64,000 nucleotides of DNA from IMG/VR virus record IMGVR_UViG_3300029220_000234, positions 1 to 64,000 of that record, one strand, 5' to 3'. The translations under genes and the position numbers were made by a program. This stretch comes from a virus. The notes under the pieces were generated by a model. It ran no database searches. It was not told the origin of the DNA and saw only the letters and a program-made list of their open reading frames with translations. Shown here one piece after another: positions 1-8,861 of the stretch. The first letter of the stretch is position 1; every line of letters begins with the position of its first letter.

Positions 1-273
1 TTAGCAGGGGTCTCCGGCTGCAGCATTTTCCTTTGCTTCCACGAACCACCTGTCCTCCTCAAAGAACAGATATGTTTTGGCTCTTCCTATCTGGCAGGTA
101 TAGCGAACTCCTACTCCGCCAGTTTTCGAGTATTTCCGGGGCAACACTTCCGAGATGCAGGTGATATCGAATCTCTGGCCCGTGTCCCAGATGACTGTCT
201 GAGGCGTTAATATGCCTTCAGGAGAGAAATCGGCAATGACCTCGACATATTTCTTAATTCTTGGTTCTGACAT
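1..273 (-). CDS. Small protein downstream of the Y-family polymerase, YolD-like by position
   Basis: 90-aa ORF overlapping the polymerase 3' end by 20 nt, in the usual umuC/yolD-type arrangement. Its stop codon lies at the window edge. Confidence 0.4.
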   Translation of the reverse strand: MSEPRIKKYVEVIADFSPEGILTPQTVIWDTGQRFDITCISEVLPRKYSKTGGVGVRYTCQIGRAKTYLFFEEDRWFVEAKENAAAGDPC

Positions 274-1555
274 AGATTAGATGCTCCCCTGTGCTTCCCT
301 GCAAATACCCGTGTGGGTGTATGGTGTGGTCTCCCTTGGCGTCACAATGAGAGAGAAACCGGTCTTTGTACATGACGGCTCGTTGTACGGAATAGTATCC
401 GAACCGGTTCCGTATCCCGTCAATCGCGGATTCAAGCCGCTCGGTCTCTTCCTGCTTTTCGGCGCTGTACTCAAAAGATATCTGGTTTGGTTCCGTATCT
501 GGCCGCAGGTCAATGGCACGCACGCCAACTGAGCGTAGGTGCTCACTCCACCGGTAGTTCTTCTTATACAGCTGGTAAGCTGCCTCCGCAATATCCTTTT
601 CCTGCATCGTTGGCTGGCCGAGCTTGCACTGTCTCTCAAAAGAGAAAAGGCTGGAATCCCGGAGACTCACCTCTACGCCTCGGCATCGGAAATGGTTCTC
701 TCTGAGCCGCGCAGCGACACTTTCCGCGAGCAGATAAATAACAATCCAGACATCCCGGTTAGTCTTCAAGTCCCGTGGCGTTGTCCAGCTGTTTCCGATG
801 CTCTTGATAGGTGCCTGAGCTTCCCTTCCCTCGTATTTCGCCACTGCTCCCGTGTCAAGGCCATTGGCGAATCCCCAAAGCATCGGGCCGATTTTCCCGA
901 GTTTTTCTTTCAGAAAGTTTGGATTGGCGGTTGCCAAATCCCCGATTGTATGAATGCAATAGTTTGACAGCTTTTTTCCCGTTCTGGACCCAACATACAA
1001 AAGGTCCGTTGCTGGCAGCGGGAATACGATATCTTTCCAGTTTGACCTTGATATGATGGTGGTGGCATTCGGTTTCTTATAGTCGGACCCCAGCTTTGCA
1101 AAGACTTTATTCCAGCTCACGCCGATAGAACAGGTGATGCCGAGCTCATCCTTCACGGCGTCGGAGATTTGTTTAGCTATTTCTTCCCCTGTTCCAAAGA
1201 GAGACCGGCTTGCGGTACAGTCGAGCCACGCCTCATCCAAGCCAAACGGTTCAACCATGTCGGAATATCTGAGGAATATCTCTCTGGTGTATCCGCTGTA
1301 TCGTGTATATAAATCATAATGAGCCGGGACAAAGATGATATCTCGGCAATGCTGCTGAGCCTCCCACAAAGCCATCCCTGTTTTGACCCCCATCCGCTTG
1401 GCCGGATACGAGGCAGTCAACACGATGCCATTTCGCCTTTCCGGGTCACCACATACCGCAATCGGCTTACCCTGTAATTCGGGATGGTAAGCCATTTCGC
1501 AACTGGCATAGAAAGAGTTCATGTCAGAGTGAAGTATCACTCGTTCGCTCACCAT
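254..1555 (-). CDS. Y-family (UmuC/DinB/ImpB-type) translesion DNA polymerase
   Basis: N-terminus ...HSDMNSFYASCE...GKPIAVCGD...RRNGIVLTASYPAKRMGVKTGM is the classic Y-family palm motif set. 433 aa. Confidence 0.85.
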   Translation of the reverse strand: MVSERVILHSDMNSFYASCEMAYHPELQGKPIAVCGDPERRNGIVLTASYPAKRMGVKTGMALWEAQQHCRDIIFVPAHYDLYTRYSGYTREIFLRYSDMVEPFGLDEAWLDCTASRSLFGTGEEIAKQISDAVKDELGITCSIGVSWNKVFAKLGSDYKKPNATTIISRSNWKDIVFPLPATDLLYVGSRTGKKLSNYCIHTIGDLATANPNFLKEKLGKIGPMLWGFANGLDTGAVAKYEGREAQAPIKSIGNSWTTPRDLKTNRDVWIVIYLLAESVAARLRENHFRCRGVEVSLRDSSLFSFERQCKLGQPTMQEKDIAEAAYQLYKKNYRWSEHLRSVGVRAIDLRPDTEPNQISFEYSAEKQEETERLESAIDGIRNRFGYYSVQRAVMYKDRFLSHCDAKGDHTIHPHGYLQGSTGEHLIYVRTKN

Positions 1556-1799
1556 GATTAGCCTCCCTTGTTTGCCACAACACCTGTTAGTTGTTATTTG
1601 CTCTTTGTTGGTTGTTATCGGTTGTTATAAGTATAGCAAATACAACCGTAAGTTGCAATATGTGCGTGTAAAATAGAATTTGGAAGTCCCATCAAATACA
1701 CTACAACTGGTAGTCATCGCCAGCGGTTGTATGGAACGGTTACTATTTTGTAATTCATGCATGAAATTGACGTATGGCAAGTAGTTGGCAAAAGAAAAA

Positions 1800-1835
1800 G
1801 CCGCCCACCCGGTTATGGGTGAACGGCAGGAAACG
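1800..1835 (-). terminator. Intrinsic terminator of the minus-strand Zn-ribbon operon
   Basis: Minus strand reads GCCGTTCACCC-ATAACC-GGGTGGGCGGC followed by TTTTTCTTTT. Confidence 0.4.
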
Positions 1836-1883
1836 CTATCTATGTAAAAAGACGACTGAGTTCGTCAGAGGTCTTGTAATCTA

Positions 1884-3443
1884 TCAGGCAGCTTTCTTTG
1901 CTGCGTTGTCGGTAGCTTTTGCAGAAATTCTTTTGCGATGAATATCGTACCACTTTTCGAATTCTTTAAAATCGACTAATTTTTGAATTTCAGGAGTGGC
2001 CTTGTAATTATAGATTTCCTCAAATAAAGAAATAAGCTTATAGCCAAGGTCCTCCATGATTTTTGATTCATACTCGTTACCGTGTTTGTAGTTTTTCGGC
2101 AATACAATGTCATATTTTTTGTCAAAAGCTTTTAAGCCCGGTTCCAGTATACGAATAAAAGTATATCCGGCATTATGGATTTTGATGAATTTATAGCAAT
2201 CAACTCTTTTTTTGTCTTTATGCCAATATACACCATTGTACTCCATGCAAACCTTGCGAGTGTTATCGACAAAATCTACACCATATTTGTTGTTATAGCC
2301 AAAAATGTGACGAACTTCATCGAATGCATTTGGAACTCCGTTTTCCCTTGCAAAACCCATTGCAATACGAACAGCATACTGCTCTGGCTTGGAAATAAAA
2401 TTTGTCGTTTGATTACAATTACCACACATATAACTAATGCCTTGTGCAGTCAGATAATTAGCTGAAATCACCCATTTGTTACCACATTCAGGGCAATTAA
2501 GAAATAATGTTTTGTTGCTGGAATAAGAAACTTCACTTGCCTGATACGGACTATCTGGACGAATACAGTTAAGAATATCCTCTCGATTATTTTTCTTTAA
2601 GTAAGTTTCCAAATCCATATGATTAGCGAGAATTTTCGTATCGCGGCAATAAGGACATGGGTAAACTACATTTGTGACTTTGCAAATTTTAGCCTCAAAC
2701 TCTTTTTTGCAATCAGGACAAGTAAAACTTGCAACCGCATTGCTTCCCATAGTGTACTTTGTTGCAAAGTCAGCGTTTTTTTTGCTTAACATAGCAGCTA
2801 CTTGGGGGCAGGTCGTAGCTAAATCATTGTAGCCAACAACAACTTTAGTCCCATTACAGATAGGGCAGCCAGTAGTATTGCCTTTCGATTTTTTGATGCT
2901 TTTCACAAAGGATGTGACAGTCGTCTCAAATTCGTGCTTACATTTTGGGCAATTGAAAATTGCAGTCTTAGTGCTTTGGGCGAAAACTTCTGCTGGGTAG
3001 CATTTATTCTTTTCGCTCCACATTGCTACAGCCTGCGGGCATTGCGAAGCCAAATCATTAACTCCAACAATAGGTTTCGGATTGCGACGCGCTTTTTTTA
3101 CTTTGCGGCAATAAGGACATGGGCAAACTGCTATTGTGACACTGCAAATTTTAGCCTCAAACTCTTTCTTGCAGTCAGGGCAGACAAAAGTAAGTTTCCT
3201 GTTGCTTCCAGCAGTAACTTCAAAAGCAAAGTGCTTATCTTTCTCACTCAGCATTGCGGCAACTTCAGGAGCGACCGTAGCCAAATCGTTTTCTCCAACA
3301 ATCAGTTTTTGGCGAGTCTTTCTAGTTTTAGTAGCTTTCTTTTCCTCTTCCTCATACGGCATCTTAATGCCAAGAGTCGGAACAGATGCGCAAGCAGCGC
3401 AATTGCAGGTGTTGACATGCATAACCTTCACAAAAGTATTCAT
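1884..3443 (-). CDS. Multi-repeat Zn-ribbon (DUF4379-like NDLAT..P..AA.W..KN ... CP.C) protein with a C-terminal nuclease-like domain
   Basis: At least five tandem repeats of GxNDLAT.xPxxAAMWSxKN...FxCPxCxxEFE. The start is taken at MNTFVKV because a GAGGAGAAAAGAGG RBS sits 6 nt upstream. The C-terminal tail (...GYNNKYGVDFVD...MEYNGVYWHKD...) resembles a PD-(D/E)xK or Vsr-like fold. Confidence 0.6.
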   Translation of the reverse strand: MNTFVKVMHVNTCNCAACASVPTLGIKMPYEEEEKKATKTRKTRQKLIVGENDLATVAPEVAAMLSEKDKHFAFEVTAGSNRKLTFVCPDCKKEFEAKICSVTIAVCPCPYCRKVKKARRNPKPIVGVNDLASQCPQAVAMWSEKNKCYPAEVFAQSTKTAIFNCPKCKHEFETTVTSFVKSIKKSKGNTTGCPICNGTKVVVGYNDLATTCPQVAAMLSKKNADFATKYTMGSNAVASFTCPDCKKEFEAKICKVTNVVYPCPYCRDTKILANHMDLETYLKKNNREDILNCIRPDSPYQASEVSYSSNKTLFLNCPECGNKWVISANYLTAQGISYMCGNCNQTTNFISKPEQYAVRIAMGFARENGVPNAFDEVRHIFGYNNKYGVDFVDNTRKVCMEYNGVYWHKDKKRVDCYKFIKIHNAGYTFIRILEPGLKAFDKKYDIVLPKNYKHGNEYESKIMEDLGYKLISLFEEIYNYKATPEIQKLVDFKEFEKWYDIHRKRISAKATDNAAKKAA

Positions 3444-3484
3444 AATTATCCTCTTTTCTCCTCGTAACATTCGAGGCTTGCAAT

Positions 3485-3527
3485 AAAAAAACAGCCATCA
3501 TCCCCCATTGCAGGAAGATGATAGCTG
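3485..3527 (-). terminator. Intrinsic terminator or attenuator between the two Zn-ribbon genes
   Basis: Minus strand: CAGCTATCATC..loop..GATGATGGCTG followed by TTTTTTT, immediately 5' of the conserved leader and RBS of the downstream gene. Confidence 0.45.
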
Positions 3528-3568
3528 CTACATTTATAAGCCAACTTCGTATTAGATGGCTTTTTTTA

Positions 3569-4729
3569 TTATTCTTCAGTAGCTTTCTGACCGTGGTGAA
3601 GAGCACCACGGACAAATTGGTTCCAGCGAGCATGGTACAAAACGAACCCGTCTTCAAACTCCACCGTGATGTTGTTGACACCATGATAAGCGGTGCAGGT
3701 GGCTTTGCTGCCATTCTTCATCGTCATCGTAGTGCCGACAGATTTCGGAGAACCGTGCTCGTCCTTGCGAGCTGCGTTGATGGCACGCCCCTGCAGTCTG
3801 CAATTGGGGCAGCAAGTAACACCGGACGCAATAGCCCGCGTCATGTTGTGGATGCTTGTCACAAACTCTTGTTTGCAATCGGGGCACACAAAAATGGCGC
3901 GTCTGGACGAACGGGCAGGAATTTCGCTGGGGGCGTAATCGTTCTTGCCGCTCCACATAGCAGCAGCTTTTGGATACATGGTCGCCAAATCGTTGACGCC
4001 GGAAATAGCCTTGCGACCTGCACAAACAGGGCAACCGGTATTGTCATGCAACAAAGAATTGACGACGTTGCAAACGGGAGCCTTAAACTCCTGTTTGCAG
4101 TCGGGGCAGACAAACCATGCCATTTTGTTGTTGCCTGCAGATATCTTACCGGGAGAGCAAGCGTTTTTGTCGCTCCACATGTTGGCTGCCGCAGGGCACT
4201 TTGTAGCCAAGTCATTGATTCCAGAAACCACTTTCAAACCACGACAAACGGGACAACCGGTGCGATAACGCATCAAAGAGTTGACAACATTGCAAATGGA
4301 AGACTCAAACTCTTGTCCGCAATCAGGGCATACAAAGACGGCCTTTTTGTGGCTGCCTGCAGGTGCTTCGCTGGGAGAGCAAGCGTTCTTGTTGCTCCAC
4401 ATGGCGGCTGCTTTCGGGTATTTGGTAGCCAAATCGTTGATGCCGGAAACAATCTTTTTACCTGCACAAACAGGGCAACCAGTGTTACCGTTCATTACCG
4501 AACGAACAACACTAAAGATTTTGCTTTCAAATTCCTGCCCACAGTCTGGGCAAACAAATGTGAACTTTCTTCTGCTTCCCGCAGCCACTTTACTGGGAGA
4601 GAAGGTGTTCTTGTCACTCCACATGGCAGCGACCTTAGGGCATTTGGTAGCCACGTCATTGATGCCGGGGATAACTTTCTTGGAATTGGTAGTGTTGGTG
4701 TTGATGTTGGTGTTCATAGCGGTTTTCAT
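3569..4729 (-). CDS. Multi-repeat Zn-ribbon (DUF4379-like) protein, paralog of 1884..3443
   Basis: Six repeats of GINDLATK.P..AAMWS.KN...F.CPDC.QEF. The start at MKTAMNT follows the RBS GAGGAGAAAGAGAG. The 5' leader (CAAGCCTCGAA...TACGAGGAGAAA) is conserved with the paralog. Confidence 0.6.
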   Translation of the reverse strand: MKTAMNTNINTNTTNSKKVIPGINDVATKCPKVAAMWSDKNTFSPSKVAAGSRRKFTFVCPDCGQEFESKIFSVVRSVMNGNTGCPVCAGKKIVSGINDLATKYPKAAAMWSNKNACSPSEAPAGSHKKAVFVCPDCGQEFESSICNVVNSLMRYRTGCPVCRGLKVVSGINDLATKCPAAANMWSDKNACSPGKISAGNNKMAWFVCPDCKQEFKAPVCNVVNSLLHDNTGCPVCAGRKAISGVNDLATMYPKAAAMWSGKNDYAPSEIPARSSRRAIFVCPDCKQEFVTSIHNMTRAIASGVTCCPNCRLQGRAINAARKDEHGSPKSVGTTMTMKNGSKATCTAYHGVNNITVEFEDGFVLYHARWNQFVRGALHHGQKATEE

Positions 4730-4862
4730 AGCAAACTCTCTTTCTCCTCGTATTTTCGAGGCTTGTAAAATAAAAATAGCAGCTATCATTTTTACGATAA
4801 CTGCTTCATATATGAGCATACGGCGTGCAGCCGAATGTCATGCTGGAATTGGATAGAGTGGC

Positions 4863-5213
4863 TTACTGCTCATCGAGCAGGATTCCACCGTGCTTGGCGA
4901 TGATGGCATCGACAACAGTGAGCGGCACATAGCCGTACACTCCGTCATCACCATATTCATCGAGCAATGGCTCGGACGGAGACGGGAACCCGACTTCTAC
5001 GCTCACGTAGCTCCCCTCGTCGTCCTTCTGGCAGTAGTGGTCTTCGGATGCCTGGATAGACATCTTAAAGCCATCTGCGCAGATTGCTTCGGGGCGGTTC
5101 TCGCGCATCGCCATCATAGCGGCAAATATGTTGACGCTATTTTTGGCAATTTTCTCCTTCTTCAGGAGGTCGGTAACGCGGATGAATTCGGCGGTGTTCA
5201 TAATGGTGTTCAT
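4863..5213 (-). CDS. Hypothetical protein, paralog of 45147..45473
   Basis: The motif ...AICADGFKMSIQAS..HYC......VPL.VVDAIIAKHGGI is shared with 45147..45473. The start is placed at MNTIMNT after a GAGGAAAGCT RBS. The N-terminal extension in the ORF track is translated promoter module. Coordinates are uncertain by 1 nt. Confidence 0.5.
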   Translation of the reverse strand: MNTIMNTAEFIRVTDLLKKEKIAKNSVNIFAAMMAMRENRPEAICADGFKMSIQASEDHYCQKDDEGSYVSVEVGFPSPSEPLLDEYGDDGVYGYVPLTVVDAIIAKHGGILLDEQ

Positions 5214-5249
5214 AGCTTTCCTCGACTTTCTCCGCATTACGCGGTCTTG

Positions 5250-5370
5250 CAACAAAAAAGACAGGTCACCCGATTGGTGCCTGTCTGAATTTGTCAGATT
5301 ATGAATGGTTGATGTCGGTTTATTATCTGTCGTACAACACTTATTGTAGGTTGTTCGCAAGTTTCGTCAA
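5250..5370 (-). promoter_or_regulatory. Promoter-leader-terminator module H, on the minus strand
   Basis: Reverse complement reads TTGACGAAAC-TTGCGAACAAC-CTACAATAA, then GTACGACAGATAATAAACC, then the hairpin GACAGGCACCAATCGGGTGACCTGTC plus TTTTTTG, then the RBS. It has the same architecture as modules A-G. Confidence 0.55.
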
Positions 5371-5382
5371 ACATTTTTTCAA

Positions 5383-5415
5383 AAGAAAAAAAGCCGCCCA
5401 TCCGAAGGCAGACGG
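5383..5415 (-). terminator. Minus-strand intrinsic terminator insulating the divergent region
   Basis: Reverse complement reads GCCGTCTGCCTTCGGATGGGCGGC followed by TTTTTTTC. Confidence 0.4.
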
Positions 5416-5442
5416 CTTATAGTTACTAAATTGTAATGGTTG

Positions 5443-5480
5443 TTTGCTTGTCGGGATATGCGAGCCAGATACAATAGGAG
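5443..5480 (+). promoter_or_regulatory. Phage-type promoter (TTGCTT ... ATGCGAG ... ATACAATA)
   Basis: Matches the window-wide consensus TTGnnn-TGTGCGAA-TAcAATA. Lies upstream of the lipoprotein gene. Confidence 0.5.
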
Positions 5481-5547
5481 TTGTACAACAAATACTACAT
5501 TGAAGTATTTGTGCAAAAACTATCCAAACGAAGGAGAACGAAAGAAC

Positions 5548-5892
5548 ATGAGAAACAAAAACCTGACCGCTGCCGCTGCCATGGCAACCGCCACAGCCCT
5601 GATGCTTGCCGGATGTGCTACTCAGAAGCCTGCCGCTTCCTCGTCCGAAGCAGCTTCTACCGCCCCGGCTGAAAGTTCTGTGGTTGAGGAGACTACGCCG
5701 GAGGAAGCGCCTTCCGAGGTTACTGATGTAGACGAAGCTGCTGCGGAGGACCTGCTGTTGAGCACCGAAACGATGCACTACAGCGCTGATGATGAAGATG
5801 GCGTTGTTACCGTCCATAAGTACGATGAGAACGGCAATGAGGTTTTCATGCGTGAAATCGACAAAGCAAGTGATGTCAACAACCCCGCCTAA
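5548..5892 (+). CDS. Small secreted lipoprotein
   Basis: The RBS AAGGAGAA precedes MRNKNLTAAAAMATATALMLAGC (signal peptide with LAGC lipobox). Acidic S/T/E-rich mature part. The N-terminus in the ORF track is over-extended. Confidence 0.6.
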   Translation: MRNKNLTAAAAMATATALMLAGCATQKPAASSSEAASTAPAESSVVEETTPEEAPSEVTDVDEAAAEDLLLSTETMHYSADDEDGVVTVHKYDENGNEVFMREIDKASDVNNPA

Positions 5893-6192
5893 ACCGGTTC
5901 GCCGGTTATAGACGGGGCTTGCGGGGCAACCTGTAAGCCCAGTTGATTAGCCTAAGCCCATTGCTCCGGCAGTGGGGAAAACTACGTTGTGTACTAATAA
6001 TATAGGCACCTTATCCATGCTCCACAAGTGGTGAGCTCTGCAGGCGTTTCGTTAAACATCTCCGAGGGGAGGAGAAGTGCGAGCGTCATGTCGAAAGGCT
6101 AAAACAGTGCATAACATTGGCGAAGTGGACCACAGGACGCAAGTCCTGACTTATAGTTTTATTACTATTTTACGAATGGAGAAACAAAAATT

Positions 6193-7836
6193 ATGGTATA
6201 TGTGATTGCGATTGTGGCAGCCCTGATTATTCTCTTTGGATTTCTCTGCTACAAGAAAGCTCCGCCCACGGAGGCTATCGTTGTGACCGGCTTTGGTCTG
6301 TCTAAGCCTAAAGTAGTTTGCGGAAAAGGTACATTTGTTCTGCCCGTTCTTCAGCGGGCTGACCGGCTAAATATGCGCCTTCTGAAAATTGACGTCAAAA
6401 CTCCTGAAACAGGTGTTAAGACGAAGAACGGCGTAAGTCTCTGGATTGACTCTGTTGTCACGATTCAAGTCTACAGCGAAAACTCTACCGTTCTGGATGA
6501 AGAAGTGAAGGCATCCGGTCTGAAAGACGCCAAGGCGTACATCATGTCCCGCCAACAGGCAGCCATCTCGAACTTTCTGGGCATGAACGAGCAGGGCATC
6601 AATGAGAAAGTTAATGACGTTCTGCAGGGCAATTTGCGTGAGATTGTCTCTGACATGACCGTCGACCAAATTCTGACGAACCGCAAGCAGATGGCTGTGA
6701 GCGTTATCGAGAATGCTCGCCCCGACCTTGCTAAGATGGGACTTGAGGTCGTGACTTTTAACGTCCAGGATATCAGGGATGCGGTGGATGTTCAGGGCCA
6801 CAACCACGGCGTCATTGAGGCTATCGGCATTGAACAGGAAGAGCTTGTGAAAAAACAGGCTGAAATTGCCCGTGCTCAGGCTGCCCGTGATGTAGCCTGC
6901 GCGAAGGCCGATGCTGAGATGGCTGCAAATGCCAAGGAAGTTGAAGCGCAGACTGCGATTGCAAAACGCAACAATGAATTGCAGCTCGCCAAGGCAAAGC
7001 TGAAAGCTGAAGCTGATAAAGCTGCGGCTGACGCAGATGCTGCCGGTCAGATTCAGATGAATCTCCGCGCCAAAGAAATCAAAGAAGCGGAAGCGGATGC
7101 TGAAATCGCCAAGCAGAAGAAAATGGTAGACCTTGCCGCACAGGAAGCCGAGGTCCAGCAACGCAAACTGGATGCGGAAGTCCGCAAACAGGCAGATGCT
7201 GACCTGTACCGCCGCCAGAAAGAGGCAGAAGCCAAGAAATATGAGGCGGAACGTGCAGCTGAGGCACAGAAGTTCTCCAAGCAGCAGGAAGCAGAAGGCA
7301 TTGAACTTGTCGGTAAGGCAGAAGCTGAAGCGATTCGTCAGAAAGGCTTGGCTGAAGCGGAAGCCATGAAACAGAAAGCAGAGGCATATAAGCAGTATAA
7401 CGATGCGGCTGTGGCTGAAATGCTCATCAAGGTTCTTCCTGACATTGCCAAAAGCGTGGCTCAGCCTTTGTCCAGCATTGATAAGGTTTCTATCATTGGC
7501 GGTGACGCCTCCGGCGTATCCGGCGTTTCCGGGAACGTTCCTATCCTGATGGCTCAAACCATGCAGACGGTGAAAGAAGCGACCGGAATCGACATGGGCG
7601 AAATTGTCCGTGCCAACAGCATCCAGGCAAAGACCGACCGCAACATCAACATCATGAATCAAGGCGAACAGCCTGTGAATAGTGAAAAGGAAGGAGGTGT
7701 CAATGCTATGGAACGCGTAGAAGGCGGCTATCTAATTCATGAGAAGAGTCTCAACGGTGAGGAAGTCACTCATTTTCGACCGGATGTGACCGAAGAAGAG
7801 AAGGCTATCATGAAAGACAAAAAGGCCAAAGATTAA
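6193..7836 (+). CDS. Flotillin-like SPFH/band-7 domain protein
   Basis: An N-terminal TM helix, then an SPFH domain, then a long Ala/Glu/Lys-rich coiled coil (EAEA/AKAEA repeats) typical of FloT/YuaG-type flotillins. 547 aa. Confidence 0.85.
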   Translation: MVYVIAIVAALIILFGFLCYKKAPPTEAIVVTGFGLSKPKVVCGKGTFVLPVLQRADRLNMRLLKIDVKTPETGVKTKNGVSLWIDSVVTIQVYSENSTVLDEEVKASGLKDAKAYIMSRQQAAISNFLGMNEQGINEKVNDVLQGNLREIVSDMTVDQILTNRKQMAVSVIENARPDLAKMGLEVVTFNVQDIRDAVDVQGHNHGVIEAIGIEQEELVKKQAEIARAQAARDVACAKADAEMAANAKEVEAQTAIAKRNNELQLAKAKLKAEADKAAADADAAGQIQMNLRAKEIKEAEADAEIAKQKKMVDLAAQEAEVQQRKLDAEVRKQADADLYRRQKEAEAKKYEAERAAEAQKFSKQQEAEGIELVGKAEAEAIRQKGLAEAEAMKQKAEAYKQYNDAAVAEMLIKVLPDIAKSVAQPLSSIDKVSIIGGDASGVSGVSGNVPILMAQTMQTVKEATGIDMGEIVRANSIQAKTDRNINIMNQGEQPVNSEKEGGVNAMERVEGGYLIHEKSLNGEEVTHFRPDVTEEEKAIMKDKKAKD

Positions 7837-8056
7837 AGACAACGAATAAAAAGAGGGTGACTCGAAAGAGCCATCCTTTTTTCTGTTGTGACGCAAACGA
7901 AAAGTTCATGGTAGCCATCCAATTAGGGTGACTGTCTTTTTTGCATGTTAAGGCTTTGTTGCTGAATCGTGCGAATCGAAGATAATTAGAAGCAAAAGAT
8001 ACTTCGTATCAAGCCCTCTTGATAGCAAATAGAGTAAAACCGGAGAGGTGAAGTTA

Positions 8057-8860
8057 ATGCTCGGCGTGAGTTTGATTATCATAGCAGCGGCTATAGTCTA
8101 CATGGTCGAAACCTATATCAGCACCTATTACACTATCGAATACATGCACGGAACATCGCTGTTCCTTATCCTCCTTGCGAAATATGGCACGCCAGTCCTG
8201 TTCCTGCTGCTCTGCGCCTACATTGCATATCGCAATTTTCTCAAAAAGCAGAAAGCTGCGGCTTCTGCTGCATCTGAACGGCCTACAAGCAAAGAAGAGC
8301 TGTATACCAACAAAATTCAAACGGCAGTAAAGACAAAAAGCGTCTTCTCAGAGCAGGCTGACCAAATGCTGTATCAGGTACGGCGCTTCGGGCAAAAAAT
8401 GGCCGTTGCCTACAGCATGACCCAGGATAGCAAGACATCCGGGGAACAAGCCAAGTGCCTAACGTTATTGGAATCCGCAGAACGTATCTTCTATGACCGA
8501 CTGGATGACGCGATTCGCTCGGCTTCAATGTTTGATGAAACGGAATACAAGGCTTTCTGTCAAGGCTCTATCTCGTTTGGAAACAAAGAAGAAGCGCAGA
8601 AAAAGAAAGAAATCTACAATGGTATCGTAAGTACCGTGGATAAGGTAGTTCATGACAATGAGCGCTTAATCCTCCGATTGGATTCTTTAGCATACGCTCT
8701 GAACCAACGTTCTGCCCAGAATCCGTGGGATACAGAGGTTGTACTCGCAATGTCAAAGCTCGATGCTGTCATTAACAAGACGACGCAGGATATTGAACAG
8801 GATGAAGATATCAGTCGTGAGGCTATGAAACGATATAACAACTTGAAAGGAGAAATTTAA
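8057..8860 (+). CDS. Membrane protein of unknown function (2-3 N-terminal TM helices plus a cytoplasmic helical domain)
   Basis: Start at MLGVSLIIIAAAIVYMV after a GGAGAGG RBS. Hydrophobic N-terminus. Sits in the flotillin/vWA operon. Confidence 0.5.
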   Translation: MLGVSLIIIAAAIVYMVETYISTYYTIEYMHGTSLFLILLAKYGTPVLFLLLCAYIAYRNFLKKQKAAASAASERPTSKEELYTNKIQTAVKTKSVFSEQADQMLYQVRRFGQKMAVAYSMTQDSKTSGEQAKCLTLLESAERIFYDRLDDAIRSASMFDETEYKAFCQGSISFGNKEEAQKKKEIYNGIVSTVDKVVHDNERLILRLDSLAYALNQRSAQNPWDTEVVLAMSKLDAVINKTTQDIEQDEDISREAMKRYNNLKGEI

Positions 8861-8861
8861 C

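Noticed and set aside
5893-6192. Possible tRNA or tmRNA in the GC-rich structured intergenic region
   Set aside because: No cloverleaf with a T-loop GTTCRANYC or anticodon-arm geometry could be built. It is more consistent with a regulatory leader or attenuator.
6367-7662. 431-aa ORF on the minus strand inside the flotillin gene
   Set aside because: Shadow ORF of the Ala/Glu-rich coiled-coil region. The flotillin assignment on the + strand is unambiguous.
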